Assembly (NCBI GenBank): GCA_963747235.1
Contig: CAVVEU010000003.1
Location: 22,771-86,770, forward strand
Direction: 5' to 3'
DNA from: an uncultured Candidatus Rokubacteria bacterium
Lineage (GTDB): Bacteria; Methylomirabilota; Methylomirabilia; Rokubacteriales; CSP1-6
DNA: 64,000 bases
Shown here: piece after piece, positions 53,547-64,000 of the stretch
Layout of the letters: each line of letters opens with the position of its first letter
Position numbering within the stretch: the stretch's first letter is position 1
Notes under the pieces: model-generated
What the model was told of the DNA's origin: nothing
The model's database searches: none
What the model saw: the letters and a program-made list of their open reading frames with translations, nothing else
Program-made: the position numbers and the translations under genes

Positions 53547-54431
53547 CTACCCTCTCCGGCGGGCTTTCACCGTCAGGTGCAGCCCGGCCAGGATCAGGAG
53601 CCCGCCGGCCACCGTGAACGCGGTGAGCTGCTCCCCGAGCCACCACACCCCGAACAGCGCGCCGCCCAGCGGCTGGATGTTGAGGAAGATCGCCACGCGG
53701 GGCGTCTCGACCCGCTCCAGGCACCAGTTCCAGACCGCGTAGCCGAGCGCGGTCATCACCACGCCCAGGTAGAGGATGCCCAGGATGGCCCGTGGCGGCC
53801 ACGCCGACGGCGGCGCGGTGGCCCACTCCAGCGCCGCGACCGGCGCCATGGCCGCGGCGCCCCAGACGACCGAGTACGCGGTCACCACGAGCGCGGGATG
53901 GCGGAGGAGCACGGGCCGGGCGATCAGCGAGTACGCCGCGTAGGCCACGCCGGACAGGATCAGGACGATGTCGCCGCGCCAGTGGGGCGCCAGGGCCAGC
54001 GTGACGCCGGGAATGCCGTTCACCACGATGACGGCCGCGCCCACGATCGCCAGCGCGGCGCCGAGGCCTTCCCGCCGGGAGAGGCGCTCGCCGAGCAGGA
54101 GCGGCGAGAACAGGATCAGGGCGGCGGGCTCCACCGTGATCAGCAGCGCCGCGTTGCTGGCCGTCGAGTGGGCCAGGCCCCAGTTGCCGAGCGCGAAGGC
54201 CAGCGTGAAGCCCACCACGCCGGTGAGCCCGAGCCGCCAGTGGTCCTCGCGGGAGAGCTTGGCGGCCACCATGCCGCGCCAGGCCCACGGCACGAGGATC
54301 AGCGAGCCGATCGCCAGGCGCGCCATCGCCAGCGTGGCCGGGCCGATATCCTCGAGGACGATCCGGGAGACCGAGTAGCCGGTGGCGAAGATCAGGTTGG
54401 AGACGAGGAGGACGACGTAGGCGGTCGGCAC
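53547..54431 (-). CDS. EamA/DMT family transporter
   Basis: Multi-TM protein with LLGERL and two EamA repeats. Confidence 0.88.
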   Translation of the reverse strand: MPTAYVVLLVSNLIFATGYSVSRIVLEDIGPATLAMARLAIGSLILVPWAWRGMVAAKLSREDHWRLGLTGVVGFTLAFALGNWGLAHSTASNAALLITVEPAALILFSPLLLGERLSRREGLGAALAIVGAAVIVVNGIPGVTLALAPHWRGDIVLILSGVAYAAYSLIARPVLLRHPALVVTAYSVVWGAAAMAPVAALEWATAPPSAWPPRAILGILYLGVVMTALGYAVWNWCLERVETPRVAIFLNIQPLGGALFGVWWLGEQLTAFTVAGGLLILAGLHLTVKARRRG

Positions 54432-54581
54432 GGGGCGAGCTTAGCGTATCCGACCCGCCGAATGGCTACGCTCTTGACCCCGCCCGGGCAACGGAGCAGT
54501 ATCGGCCCGCCCGATCCGCTCGGCGCCGGAGCCGAGTTCCGAGCTCGCACCGCGCTGTGAACCCGAGATGAAGGAGGCGCC

Positions 54582-56270
54582 ATGATCAACCTCGACGCTC
54601 GACCCGAAGCCCGCTCCGGTTCTCCGTCGCTCTCGCGCCGCGAGCTGCTCGGCCTACTCGCGACGACCGGCGCGGGGGCGATGCTCGCACCCATCATCCG
54701 GTCCGGCGCCGCGCTCGCCGCGGAGACCCCCAAGAAGGGCGGCCAGATCGTGGTGGCGTTGTCCCAGGAGCCCACTGTCTTCAATCCCAACCGGCCACAC
54801 ATCGAGGTGGATCGCGGGGTTCACTTCGGCCTCTTCGACAGTCTGTGGCGAGTGGACGAGAAGGCCCAGTTCCTGCCCAACCTGGCCGCGGAGATGCCGA
54901 CCGTGAAGAACGGCGGGATCCAGAAGAACGGGCTCGAGTACCTGGTGAAGCTGCGCAAGGGCGTCAAGTGGCACGACGGCAAGCCCTTCACCTCGAAGGA
55001 CGTGAAGTTCACGCACGAGCTGATCACGAATCCGAAGTTCGGGGCCTACAGCAAGGTGGGGCACGATCAGGTGGCGAGCGTCGAGACGCCCGACGAGTCC
55101 ACCGTGCGGATCCGACTCAAGGAGCCCTTCGCCCCCTTCATGACCGCGTGGGGCGACACCTACATCGTGCCCGCGCACCTCCTGGAGGGCGTGGCCGATC
55201 CCAACACCGCCGAGTTCAACACCAAGAGCCCGGTGGGCACGGGCCCGTTCCGGCTCGGCAGTCGCGTGGCCGGCGACCACCTTGTCCTGGTGGCCAATCC
55301 CGCGTACCACCTGGGAGCGCCCGCCCTCGAGCGAGTGATCTTCAAGTACATCCCGGATCTCACGGTCCTGTACACGCAGTTCAAGGGCGGCGCGGTGGAC
55401 GTGACGGGCATGCAGGGCATCTCGGCGGAGTTCTATGCCGAGGCCAAGAGCCTCCCCGGGGTCACCGTTCACCTGCACTACTCGCCCTCGGTGGAATACA
55501 TCTACTTCAATCACGGCAACCCGAAGTTCAAGGAGCGGGCGGTCCGGCAGGCGCTCTACCACGCGATGGACAAGAAGGCCATTATCGACCAGGTCTACTA
55601 CGGGCTGCCCAAGCCGGTGGAAGGGTACCTGCCGCCCACGTCGTGGGCCTACAACGCGGAGCTGCCCAAGCACGAGTACAACCCCGACAAGGCCAAGCAG
55701 ATCCTGGAGGAGGCGGGATGGAAGGTGGGTGGCGACGGCGTGCGGGCCAAAGGCGGTGTGCGTCTGTCGTTCACCAACGCCACGACCGCGGGCAACAAGC
55801 TCCGGGAGCAGACCCAGGCGCTCGTCCAGCAGAACTGGAAAGCCATCGGGGTGGACATGCAGATCACCAACATGCCGGCCGCCGTGATCTGGGGCGAGTA
55901 CTACGTGAAGTCCAAGTTCGAGACGCTGCTGGTCGGGATCCAGGCCTCGGTGGGCGACGATCCCGACTGCCTGAACCGCATCCACAGCAAGTACATCGCG
56001 GCCAAGACGGGCTCGGGCCGGAACGTGAGCCAGTACGAGAACCCCACCGTCGACAAGCTCCTCGAGGATGGCGTGCGGGAGATCGACCGCGCCAAGCGCC
56101 GCGCCATCTATCTCAAGCTCCAGGAGGTCATCCGCACCGACCTCGCGTACCTGCCCATCTTCAGCTACGTGCGCATCGAGGGCGCGAAGCAGGGAATCGT
56201 CAACTACACGCCCAACAGCAACACGCTGACGAACAGCTGGAACATGCACGAGTGGGGGTGGAAGGCCTGA
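54582..56270 (+). CDS. Peptide/nickel ABC transporter substrate-binding protein (family 5, Tat signal)
   Basis: SRRELL, LRKGVKWHDGKPFTSKDVKFT, PVGTGPF; AAGGAGG RBS. Confidence 0.92.
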   Translation: MINLDARPEARSGSPSLSRRELLGLLATTGAGAMLAPIIRSGAALAAETPKKGGQIVVALSQEPTVFNPNRPHIEVDRGVHFGLFDSLWRVDEKAQFLPNLAAEMPTVKNGGIQKNGLEYLVKLRKGVKWHDGKPFTSKDVKFTHELITNPKFGAYSKVGHDQVASVETPDESTVRIRLKEPFAPFMTAWGDTYIVPAHLLEGVADPNTAEFNTKSPVGTGPFRLGSRVAGDHLVLVANPAYHLGAPALERVIFKYIPDLTVLYTQFKGGAVDVTGMQGISAEFYAEAKSLPGVTVHLHYSPSVEYIYFNHGNPKFKERAVRQALYHAMDKKAIIDQVYYGLPKPVEGYLPPTSWAYNAELPKHEYNPDKAKQILEEAGWKVGGDGVRAKGGVRLSFTNATTAGNKLREQTQALVQQNWKAIGVDMQITNMPAAVIWGEYYVKSKFETLLVGIQASVGDDPDCLNRIHSKYIAAKTGSGRNVSQYENPTVDKLLEDGVREIDRAKRRAIYLKLQEVIRTDLAYLPIFSYVRIEGAKQGIVNYTPNSNTLTNSWNMHEWGWKA

Positions 56271-57220
56271 AACACTACTTCGCGCGGCGGGTGATCCAGG
56301 CGGTCGTGGTCCTCTGCCTGGTGTCGCTCGCCGGGTTCTCCCTGCTGCATCTGGCGCCCGGCGGTCCGGCGGCCATCTACGCGCTCAGCCCCACCATGAG
56401 CACCGAGGATCTCGACCGGATCACCCACGAGTTCGGGCTCGACCGGCCGATCCACGTCCAGTACCTCTCCTGGGCCAAGGGCTTTCTCAGCGGTAACTGG
56501 GGCCGCTCCTATCGTGACGGGCGGGTGGTCCTCGAGGTGATCGTCGACCGGGTCCCGGCCACCGTCATCCTCATGCTGAGCGCCTTCTCGGTCGCCCTGC
56601 TCCTGGGCCTGGCCAGCGGGATCGTGAGCGCCGTCCGGCAGTACTCGCTCTTCGACCACCTCGCCACCCTCGGAGCCATGGTGGCGCTGTCCATCCCCAC
56701 CTTCTGGCTGGGCCTGATGGCGATCTACGTCTTCTCGGAGCTGCTCCACTCCCTCCCGCCCGGCAATATCGGGACAGTCGGCGCGCCGTTTGCCCTCGCC
56801 GACCGCCTGCGCCACCTCGTCTTGCCGGCGGGTACCCTCGGCGTGGTCATGGTGGCGACGTGGAGCCGCTACACGCGGGCCTCCATGCTCGAGGTGATCG
56901 GCGAGGACTACATCCGCACCGCGCGAGCCAAGGGCGTGTCACAAGGGCGCGTCATCCTCAAGCACGCGCTCCGGAATGCGCTCATCCCGCTGGTGACGCT
57001 CGCCGGCCTCCAGCTCCCGCTGGTCTTCAGCGGCGCGCTGGTGACCGAGACCATCTTCACCTGGCCGGGCATGGGCCGGCTCTTCGTGGACTCCATCGGC
57101 TACCGCGACTACCCGGTGCTCATGGGGATCCTGGTGTTCACGGCGGCGCTGGTCATCCTGGGAAATCTGGTGGCGGACCTCGTCTACGCGGCCATCGACC
57201 CGCGGGTGCGCCACTCGTGA
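56258..57220 (+). CDS. Peptide ABC permease (DppB/OppB-like)
   Basis: GNWGRSY, SIPTFW, DYIRTARAKG, RDYPV, DPRVR. Confidence 0.9.
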   Translation: MEGLKHYFARRVIQAVVVLCLVSLAGFSLLHLAPGGPAAIYALSPTMSTEDLDRITHEFGLDRPIHVQYLSWAKGFLSGNWGRSYRDGRVVLEVIVDRVPATVILMLSAFSVALLLGLASGIVSAVRQYSLFDHLATLGAMVALSIPTFWLGLMAIYVFSELLHSLPPGNIGTVGAPFALADRLRHLVLPAGTLGVVMVATWSRYTRASMLEVIGEDYIRTARAKGVSQGRVILKHALRNALIPLVTLAGLQLPLVFSGALVTETIFTWPGMGRLFVDSIGYRDYPVLMGILVFTAALVILGNLVADLVYAAIDPRVRHS

Positions 57221-58110
57221 GCGCGGCCGTCGCCGCCGCGCTGGGTCCCGCGAAGGCCGCCGCGCCGGAGGCGCTCGCGGGCATCTTCTGGGCCCGCTTC
57301 GTGCGCCACCGGCCCGCGGTGATCAGCGCGGTGGTGATCGCCCTCCTCGGGCTCGCCTCGATCTTCGCCGGTCCGATCGCCGCGCGGGACCCGCTCCGGA
57401 TCGAGATGTCCCACAAGTTCGCCAGACCCCTCGCCAAGGGTCATCTCCTGGGCGCCGACGAGCTCGGGCGCGACGTGCTCTCGCGCCTGCTTCACGCCGG
57501 GCGCATCTCGCTGACCGTGGGGCTGGCCGCCATGGCGGTGACCGTCATCGTGGGCGCCGCCCTGGGGATCCTGGCCGGGTACGTCCGCGGAGCGCTGGAC
57601 ACGGTGCTGCTCCGCCTCACCGACGCCATGCTTTCGTTCCCCCCGATCTTCATGCTGCTGGCGCTGGCCGCATTCGTCCGGCCCTCGCTGGCCTCCATGA
57701 CGGTCATCATCGCGGTCACGTCGTGGATGGATGTCACGCGCATGGTGCGGGGTCAGATCCTCACGCTCCGCGAGCAGGAGTTCGTGACGGGCGCGCGCGG
57801 GCTCGGGGCCTCCGGGGCGCGGATCATGGCGCGGCACCTTCTGCCCAACACGGTGGGGATCATCGCGGTGGCCGCCACGCTCTCGGTGGCGCGCGCCATC
57901 CTGCTGGAGTCCTATATCAGCTTCCTCGGCTACGGCATCCAGCCCCCTCTCGCGAGCTGGGGCAACATGCTCAACAATGCTCAGAGCTACTTCACGACGG
58001 CTCCGTGGGTCGCGATCTTCCCCGGCGTGATGATCACCCTGGCGGTGACGAGCTTCAATTTCCTCGGCGACGGGCTTCGCGACGCCCTCGATCCCCGGCA
58101 CGCTCGCTGA
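57217..58110 (+). CDS. Peptide ABC permease (DppC/OppC-like)
   Basis: LGADELGRD, RHLLPN, SWGNML, GDGLRDALDP. Confidence 0.9.
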   Translation: MSAAVAAALGPAKAAAPEALAGIFWARFVRHRPAVISAVVIALLGLASIFAGPIAARDPLRIEMSHKFARPLAKGHLLGADELGRDVLSRLLHAGRISLTVGLAAMAVTVIVGAALGILAGYVRGALDTVLLRLTDAMLSFPPIFMLLALAAFVRPSLASMTVIIAVTSWMDVTRMVRGQILTLREQEFVTGARGLGASGARIMARHLLPNTVGIIAVAATLSVARAILLESYISFLGYGIQPPLASWGNMLNNAQSYFTTAPWVAIFPGVMITLAVTSFNFLGDGLRDALDPRHAR

Positions 58111-58129
58111 GTAGCGTATAATCCCGCGC

Positions 58130-58318
58130 ATGAAACCCAAGATCCCGTGGCTCCCGCATGAGGTGCAGCCGGGTCAGCCGACCGAGACGTGTCCCCGCTG
58201 CGGCGCCAAGAAGCTGATGCCGTGGACGCTGCGGCGCGATCCCCAGCGGGTCACCCTGCTCCGCACGTGGGTCTGCACCGCGTGCCAGACCACCGAGGAG
58301 CGAGACGAGGCGGAGTAG
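58130..58318 (+). CDS. 62-aa zinc-ribbon microprotein
   Basis: CPRCG...CTAC; TATAAT 7 nt before the ATG. Confidence 0.72.
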   Translation: MKPKIPWLPHEVQPGQPTETCPRCGAKKLMPWTLRRDPQRVTLLRTWVCTACQTTEERDEAE

Positions 58319-58319
58319 G

Positions 58320-58369
58320 CCCCTCACCCTGCCGCCCCTCACCCTGCCCTCTCCCCAAAGGGGAGAGGG
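58320..58369. repeat. Same palindromic repeat, copy 5, with duplicated CCCCTCACCCTGCC head
   Basis: CCCCTCACCCTGCCGCCCCTCACCCTGCCCTCTCCCCAAAGGGGAGAGGG. Confidence 0.82.
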
Positions 58370-58375
58370 AGAAGC

Positions 58376-59407
58376 CTAGCTGGCGTTCACGAAGTCCAGC
58401 AGGCTGCGAAGGCGGGAGAAACCCGAGCGGTTGAAGGGCAGCACCAGCCTCGGCAGGTCCGGCAATTCGTCGCCCTCCCCCGGTATCGGCCCCTTCGTCT
58501 GCTCGGCGGGCGCGCTCAGGATGTCGGCGAAGCGCGCGTTGAGATCGGCGAGCGCGGCGGGGGCGATCGGCCGGCGGATGCGGAGGACGAGGGCGTCGCG
58601 GACGTAGCGCTGCGAGTGGTAGAGCTTGTAGAAGTTCTCGACCTCCGCGGCGGCCTGCTCCACGTCGTCGGTGACGCGATAGAGCTCGGGGTCGTTCGGC
58701 GACACCGTGCCCCGCCCCACCATCTCCCGACGGATGAACTCGTCGAAGCTCTTCCAGTAGGTGCCGCCCGGCTCGTCCAGCATCACGAGCGGCAGCACCG
58801 GCGACTTTCCGGTCTGGATCAGGGTCAGCGCCTCGAACGCCTCGTCGGCGGTGCCGAAGCCGCCGGGCAGGAACGCCATCGCGTGGGCCTCGCGCACCAG
58901 GAAGAGCTTCCGCGTGAAGAAGTACTTGAACGAGACCAGCTTCGGGTCGTCCGCGATCCAGGGATTGGCTTCCTGCTCGAACGGCAGGCGGATGTTGAGC
59001 CCGAAGGAGCGCTCGCCGCTCGCGCCTTCCTGGGCCGAGCTCATCACGCCGCCGCCCGCGCCGGTGATGACCATCCAGCCCGCGCCGGTGATCCGCTTGC
59101 TGAAGGCGTAGGACTGCTCGGAGATCGGGTGGGCGCGCGGCGTCCGGGCGGAGCCGAAGATGGTGATCTTCGGCACGGTGCGCCAGGGCGCGAAGACCTT
59201 GAAGCCGTACCGGATCTCCTTGAACGCCGCGTTGGCGATCCGGAGATCGGCCACGCCCGCGCCGTCCTCGTACATCTTGAGCGACGTGGTGAGGAGATCC
59301 GCGTAGATCGGCCAGGTGGACTCCGGCACCCGGAGCTGCTCGAGCAGCGCGTCGATTCGCCGGTTGGCGTCCTCGGACTGCAGGTGGTAATGCCTGTCCG
59401 GACTCAC
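58376..59407 (-). CDS. LOG family (Rossmann-fold nucleotide-binding) protein
   Basis: IFGSART, ITGAGGGVM, FKYFFTRK, PGGFGTADE. Confidence 0.9.
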   Translation of the reverse strand: MSPDRHYHLQSEDANRRIDALLEQLRVPESTWPIYADLLTTSLKMYEDGAGVADLRIANAAFKEIRYGFKVFAPWRTVPKITIFGSARTPRAHPISEQSYAFSKRITGAGWMVITGAGGGVMSSAQEGASGERSFGLNIRLPFEQEANPWIADDPKLVSFKYFFTRKLFLVREAHAMAFLPGGFGTADEAFEALTLIQTGKSPVLPLVMLDEPGGTYWKSFDEFIRREMVGRGTVSPNDPELYRVTDDVEQAAAEVENFYKLYHSQRYVRDALVLRIRRPIAPAALADLNARFADILSAPAEQTKGPIPGEGDELPDLPRLVLPFNRSGFSRLRSLLDFVNAS

Positions 59408-59432
59408 ATCAGCAGTATACACGGCGGTCCAT

Positions 59433-60090
59433 TCAGGCCAGCGTATGCCGGACCATCTTCCCCTCGACCAGGTAGATGACCATCTCCGCGATGTTGGTGG
59501 CGTGGTCGGCCACCCGCTCCATGAACCGGGAGATCAGGATGACCCGGATCGCGCGGGAGACCGTCCGGGGGTCTTCCATCATGAAGGTCAGGAGCTCCCG
59601 GAAGATCTGCTCCTTGAGGGCATCCACCTCCGCGTCCGCGGCGCACACTTGGCGGGCCAGGGCGGTGTCGCCGGCCACGAAGGCGTCCAGGCTCTCCTTG
59701 ACCATGCGCTGCGCTCTGTCCGCCATGCGCGGCAGGTCGATGTAGGGCTTGAGCTGGGGCTCCCGGTTCAGCTCGAGCGCGCGCTGGGCGATGTTGACCG
59801 CCTGGTCGCCGATGCGCTCCAGATCGGTCACGATCTTCATGGCGGTGGTGATGAAGCGCAGGTCGCCGGCCGCCGGCTGGTGCAGCGCGAGCAGGTTCAC
59901 GCACTGCTCGTCCACCTCGACGTCGTAGGTGTTCACCTGCCGGTCCCGGTCGATGACCTCCTGGGCGATGACGTCGTCGCGCTCGAGCAGGGCCCGCATG
60001 GCCCGCCGGATCTGATCCTCGACCAGCCCGCCCATCGCGAGCAGGGTCTGCTTGAGGCCCTCCAGCTCCTCGTGGAAGTGCCGCTGCCAT
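59433..60090 (-). CDS. phoU: Phosphate signalling protein PhoU (frameshift near start)
   Basis: QPAAGDLR, DLERIGD, ERVADHATNIAE. Confidence 0.93.
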
Positions 60091-60105
60091 GGCGTCCTCC
60101 CTCGC

Positions 60106-60925
<820 letters not shown>

Positions 60926-60941
60926 TCGTCCCTCCCTCGGG

Positions 60942-62558
60942 TCAAACGGCCGACGTCGCGTACTTGCGACGCAGCCGGTTGCGCATGCTGATGGCGAACA
61001 GGTTCAGGAACGACCACGATCAGGAGCAGGAGCAGCGTGGTCGCGAAGACCATCGGCCGCGCCGCGTCCACGTTCGGCGACTGAAAGCCCACGTCGTAGA
61101 TGTGGAAGCCCAGGTGCATGAACTTCCGGTCCATGTGCAGGAACGGCCACGTGCCGTCGAGCGGCAGCGCGGGCGCCAGCTTGACCACGCCGGTGATCAT
61201 GAGCGGCGCCACCTCGCCCGCCGCCCGCGCCATCGCCAGGATGAGGCCGGTGAGGATGGACGGCATCACCGCGGGCAGGACCACCCGCAGCGTCGTCTCG
61301 AGCTTGGTGGCCGACAGCGCCAGCGACGCCTCGCGAGCGCCCCGGGGAATGGCGGCCAGGCCCTCCTCCGTGGCCACGATCACCACCGGCACCGTCAGCA
61401 GCGCCAGGGTGAGCGCGGCCCACAGGATGCCCCCGGTTCCGTACGTCGGCGTCGGGAGGGCCTCCGCGTAGAAGAGCCGGTCGATCGAGCCGCCCACGAA
61501 GTAGATGAAGAAGCCCACGCCGAAGACCCCGAAGACGATGGACGGCACCCCGGCCAGGTTGTTGACCGCGATTCGCACCGCGCTGACGAACACCCCCTGC
61601 CGCGCGTACTCCCGCAGGTAGAAGGCCGCGAGCACGCCGAGCGGCGTGACCACGATGCTCATGATCAGCACCATCATCACGGTGCCGAAGATGGCCGGGA
61701 ACACGCCCCCCTCGGTATTGGACTCGCGGGGATCGTCGGACACGAACTCCCAGACCCGCCCCGCGTAGTAGACGCTCTTGGCGATGCCGCTCATGGCGTT
61801 CGGAAAACGAATGTCTATCACCTGCGCGATCGGCAGCTCCTTTTCCTTGCCGCCGTCCGCCACGACGACCACGCTGGCCGACTGGCTCTTCCGGAGCGCG
61901 CCGAGCCTGCCCTCTTCCACCACGTACTTCTCCTGCAGCGGCGCGAGCTGCGCCTTCAGCGCCTCCACATCCGGCCCCTGGGTGATTCCGCGCAGCTCGA
62001 GGCCTCTCAGCCGGAGCCGGATCTTCTCCTGCTGATGGTTGATGTCTCCGATCGCCCCCGTCTCGATCCGCTGGATGTCCCGCCGGACCCGCGCCGCGCC
62101 CGGCAGTCGCTTCTGGACCTCGTCCAATGCCGCTCCCGCGCCGACCGCCACTGGCTGACCACCCTCCCGCACCTCCTTGAGAGTGCCGATCAGGAGTCCC
62201 CACTCGGTGCGCTCGATCACCGCCACGTCGGGTGGATACTCCCGGCGCTTGATCTGGCTCTCGTCCACCCACTGGAAGTCGGCTCCGTAGAGATCGCGGT
62301 TGGCAACCTTGAGCTTGATCCGAAACTGGTCGGCGACCCCGGGGACCGGCTCCCGCTCGACCACCTGGCCGGTGAGCGTCGTGCCGTCCGCGAGCGTCGC
62401 GCGCAGGACGTCGCGGGGCCAGAAGAAGCCGAGGCCGTTGTAGAGGATCAGACGCGATGAGGCCGGCCACGAGCAGCAGCGAGAGAGTCAGCGCCGCTGC
62501 CGGTGAGCCAGATGAAGGGCTCACCGGTGGCGAAGATGCGCCGTACGCGCGTTCTCAT
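60942..62558 (-). CDS. pstA: Phosphate ABC permease PstA, long form (frameshifted)
   Basis: PRESNTEGGVFPAIFG, NLAGVPSIVFG, ARAAGEVAPL. Confidence 0.9.
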
Positions 62559-64000
62559 AGGTACCGGTACTTCTGCCGGAGCTTGAGCCGCACCAGCTCG
62601 GCGACGGTGTTGACCGCGAAGGTCAGGCAGAAGAGCAAGAAGGCGGCCAGGAAGAGGACCCGGAAGAGCGTCCCTCCTTCCGGCGCCTCGGGCAGCTCGA
62701 CCGCGATGTTGGCGGACAGTGCCCGGAACCCGTTGAAGATGCTCCAGTCCATCACCGGCGTGTTGCCGGTGGCCATCAGCACGATCATGGTCTCGCCCAC
62801 CGCGCGGCCGAAGCCGATCATGATTGCCGAGAAGATGCCCGGGCTGGCGGTCGGCAGCACGATCCGGATCGCGCTCTGCCACCGGTTTGCGCCCAGCGCC
62901 AGGGACCCCGCGCGCAGGTGCTGCGGGCACGTTCGCCAGCGAATCCTCCGCGATCGTGAAGATGATCGGGATCACCGCGAAGCCCATCGCCACCCCGACC
63001 ACGAGCGAGTTCCGCTGGTCGTAGGTCAAGCCGAGCGCAGACAGCAGCCAACCCCGATAGGTCCCGCCCAGGAGCAGCGTCTCCACGAGGCCGCCCAGGG
63101 TGAAGGCCAGCCATACCCCCACGATCACCACCGGGATCAGCAGGAACACCTCGGTACCGGTCTTGAAGCGGCCCCGGATCTGCTGCGGTACTGTGCGCCA
63201 CGCGAAGTACGCTCCGAGGACACACACCGGCAGTACCAGAGGCAGCAGGAACAGTCCCGGCACCACCCGCTCTACCATCGGGGCGAGCCACAGGCCCGCC
63301 AGGAACCCCAGCACCACGCTGGGCAGCGCGGCCATCACCTCGACCACCGGCTTGACGTACGCCTTGACGGTCGGGTGCATGAACTCGCTGACGTACACCG
63401 CGGCGAGAAGCGCCATCGGCACCGCGAAGATCAGGGCGTAGAAGGTCCCCTTCAGGGTGCCGTAGATGAGCGGGGTCAGGCTGAATTTCGCCTCGAAGTC
63501 GTCCGTGCCTCCGGTGGACTGCCAGACGTAGGCGGGCTCGGAGTAGCCCTCGTACCAGACCTTGCCGAAGACGGTCTTGAACGTGATCTCCGGGTGCGGG
63601 TTATTCACCTGCCATTGGCTCATCGCGCCTTGCGGGCTCACCACGACGACCCCGTCTGCCTTCGGAGCGAACACGACCGAGTGCAGACCCGCCTCGGCGG
63701 CTTTCACGCTGAGCATCGTGTGTCCCGATGTTCCGTAGTGGACCAGCACGCCCCCCGAGGCATCCGCGGTCGCGAAACCCTTGTCCCGCTTCGACGCGTC
63801 GATGCTCACCACCGGCCCGGCGTGCCCGGCGAACTCGTAGATCCGGGTCAGCCGCCGCTCTCCGCCTCCCGGCGGGGGCACGACCTGCCAGGTGGAGACG
63901 CCTCCGCCCTGGTCGCCGACCACGAGGGTCCGATCACCGATCAGGAAGCCCAGCGCCGTCACGGGGAGACCCGGCCTGCCCGTGACCGCGACCTGGTCCA
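62555..64000 (-). CDS. pstC: Phosphate ABC permease PstC, long form with WD40-like periplasmic domain (5' end off window; frameshift near 62920)
   Basis: YVWQSTGG, LPSVVLGF, GRAVGETMIVLMATGN. Confidence 0.88.

Noticed and set aside
60942-64000. Unusually long PstA and PstC with extra periplasmic domains
   Set aside because: Long-form pst permeases are already known in several Gram-negative lineages.

Overview
A 64-kb stretch of high-GC bacterial chromosome with about 60 tightly packed housekeeping, envelope and transport genes. It includes dapF, citrate synthase, an M16 peptidase pair around an ABC exporter, udgB, ilvA, FabH/patatin/crotonase, rbsK, pncA, corA, a carbamoyltransferase, a TRAP transporter, mrp, an MsbA-like exporter, nadE, a peptide ABC transporter and pstCAB-phoU. 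Gene content and style suggest a Rokubacteria/Methylomirabilota-like diderm, but this is an unverified inference. Many genes carry frameshifts, mostly single extra bases where I could reconstruct them, which looks like long-read assembly error, so the apparent gene fusions are mostly artefacts. I saw no rRNA, tRNA, CRISPR array or transposase. Main signals not shown by the ORF track: (1) an unannotated CxxU Rdx/SelW-type selenoprotein at 25631-25858 with promoter, RBS and SECIS-like hairpin; (2) a strand-specific cytosine-depletion gradient in synonymous sites next to inverted-repeat elements; (3) a completely cysteine-free Mrp/ApbC in an operon with Lon-N-only and PDZ-only proteins; (4) pervasive leaderless -10/start architecture; (5) a palindromic repeat family partly recruited into coding sequence; (6) two sigma54 promoters, upstream of a PEP-CTERM gene and a PilZ gene.
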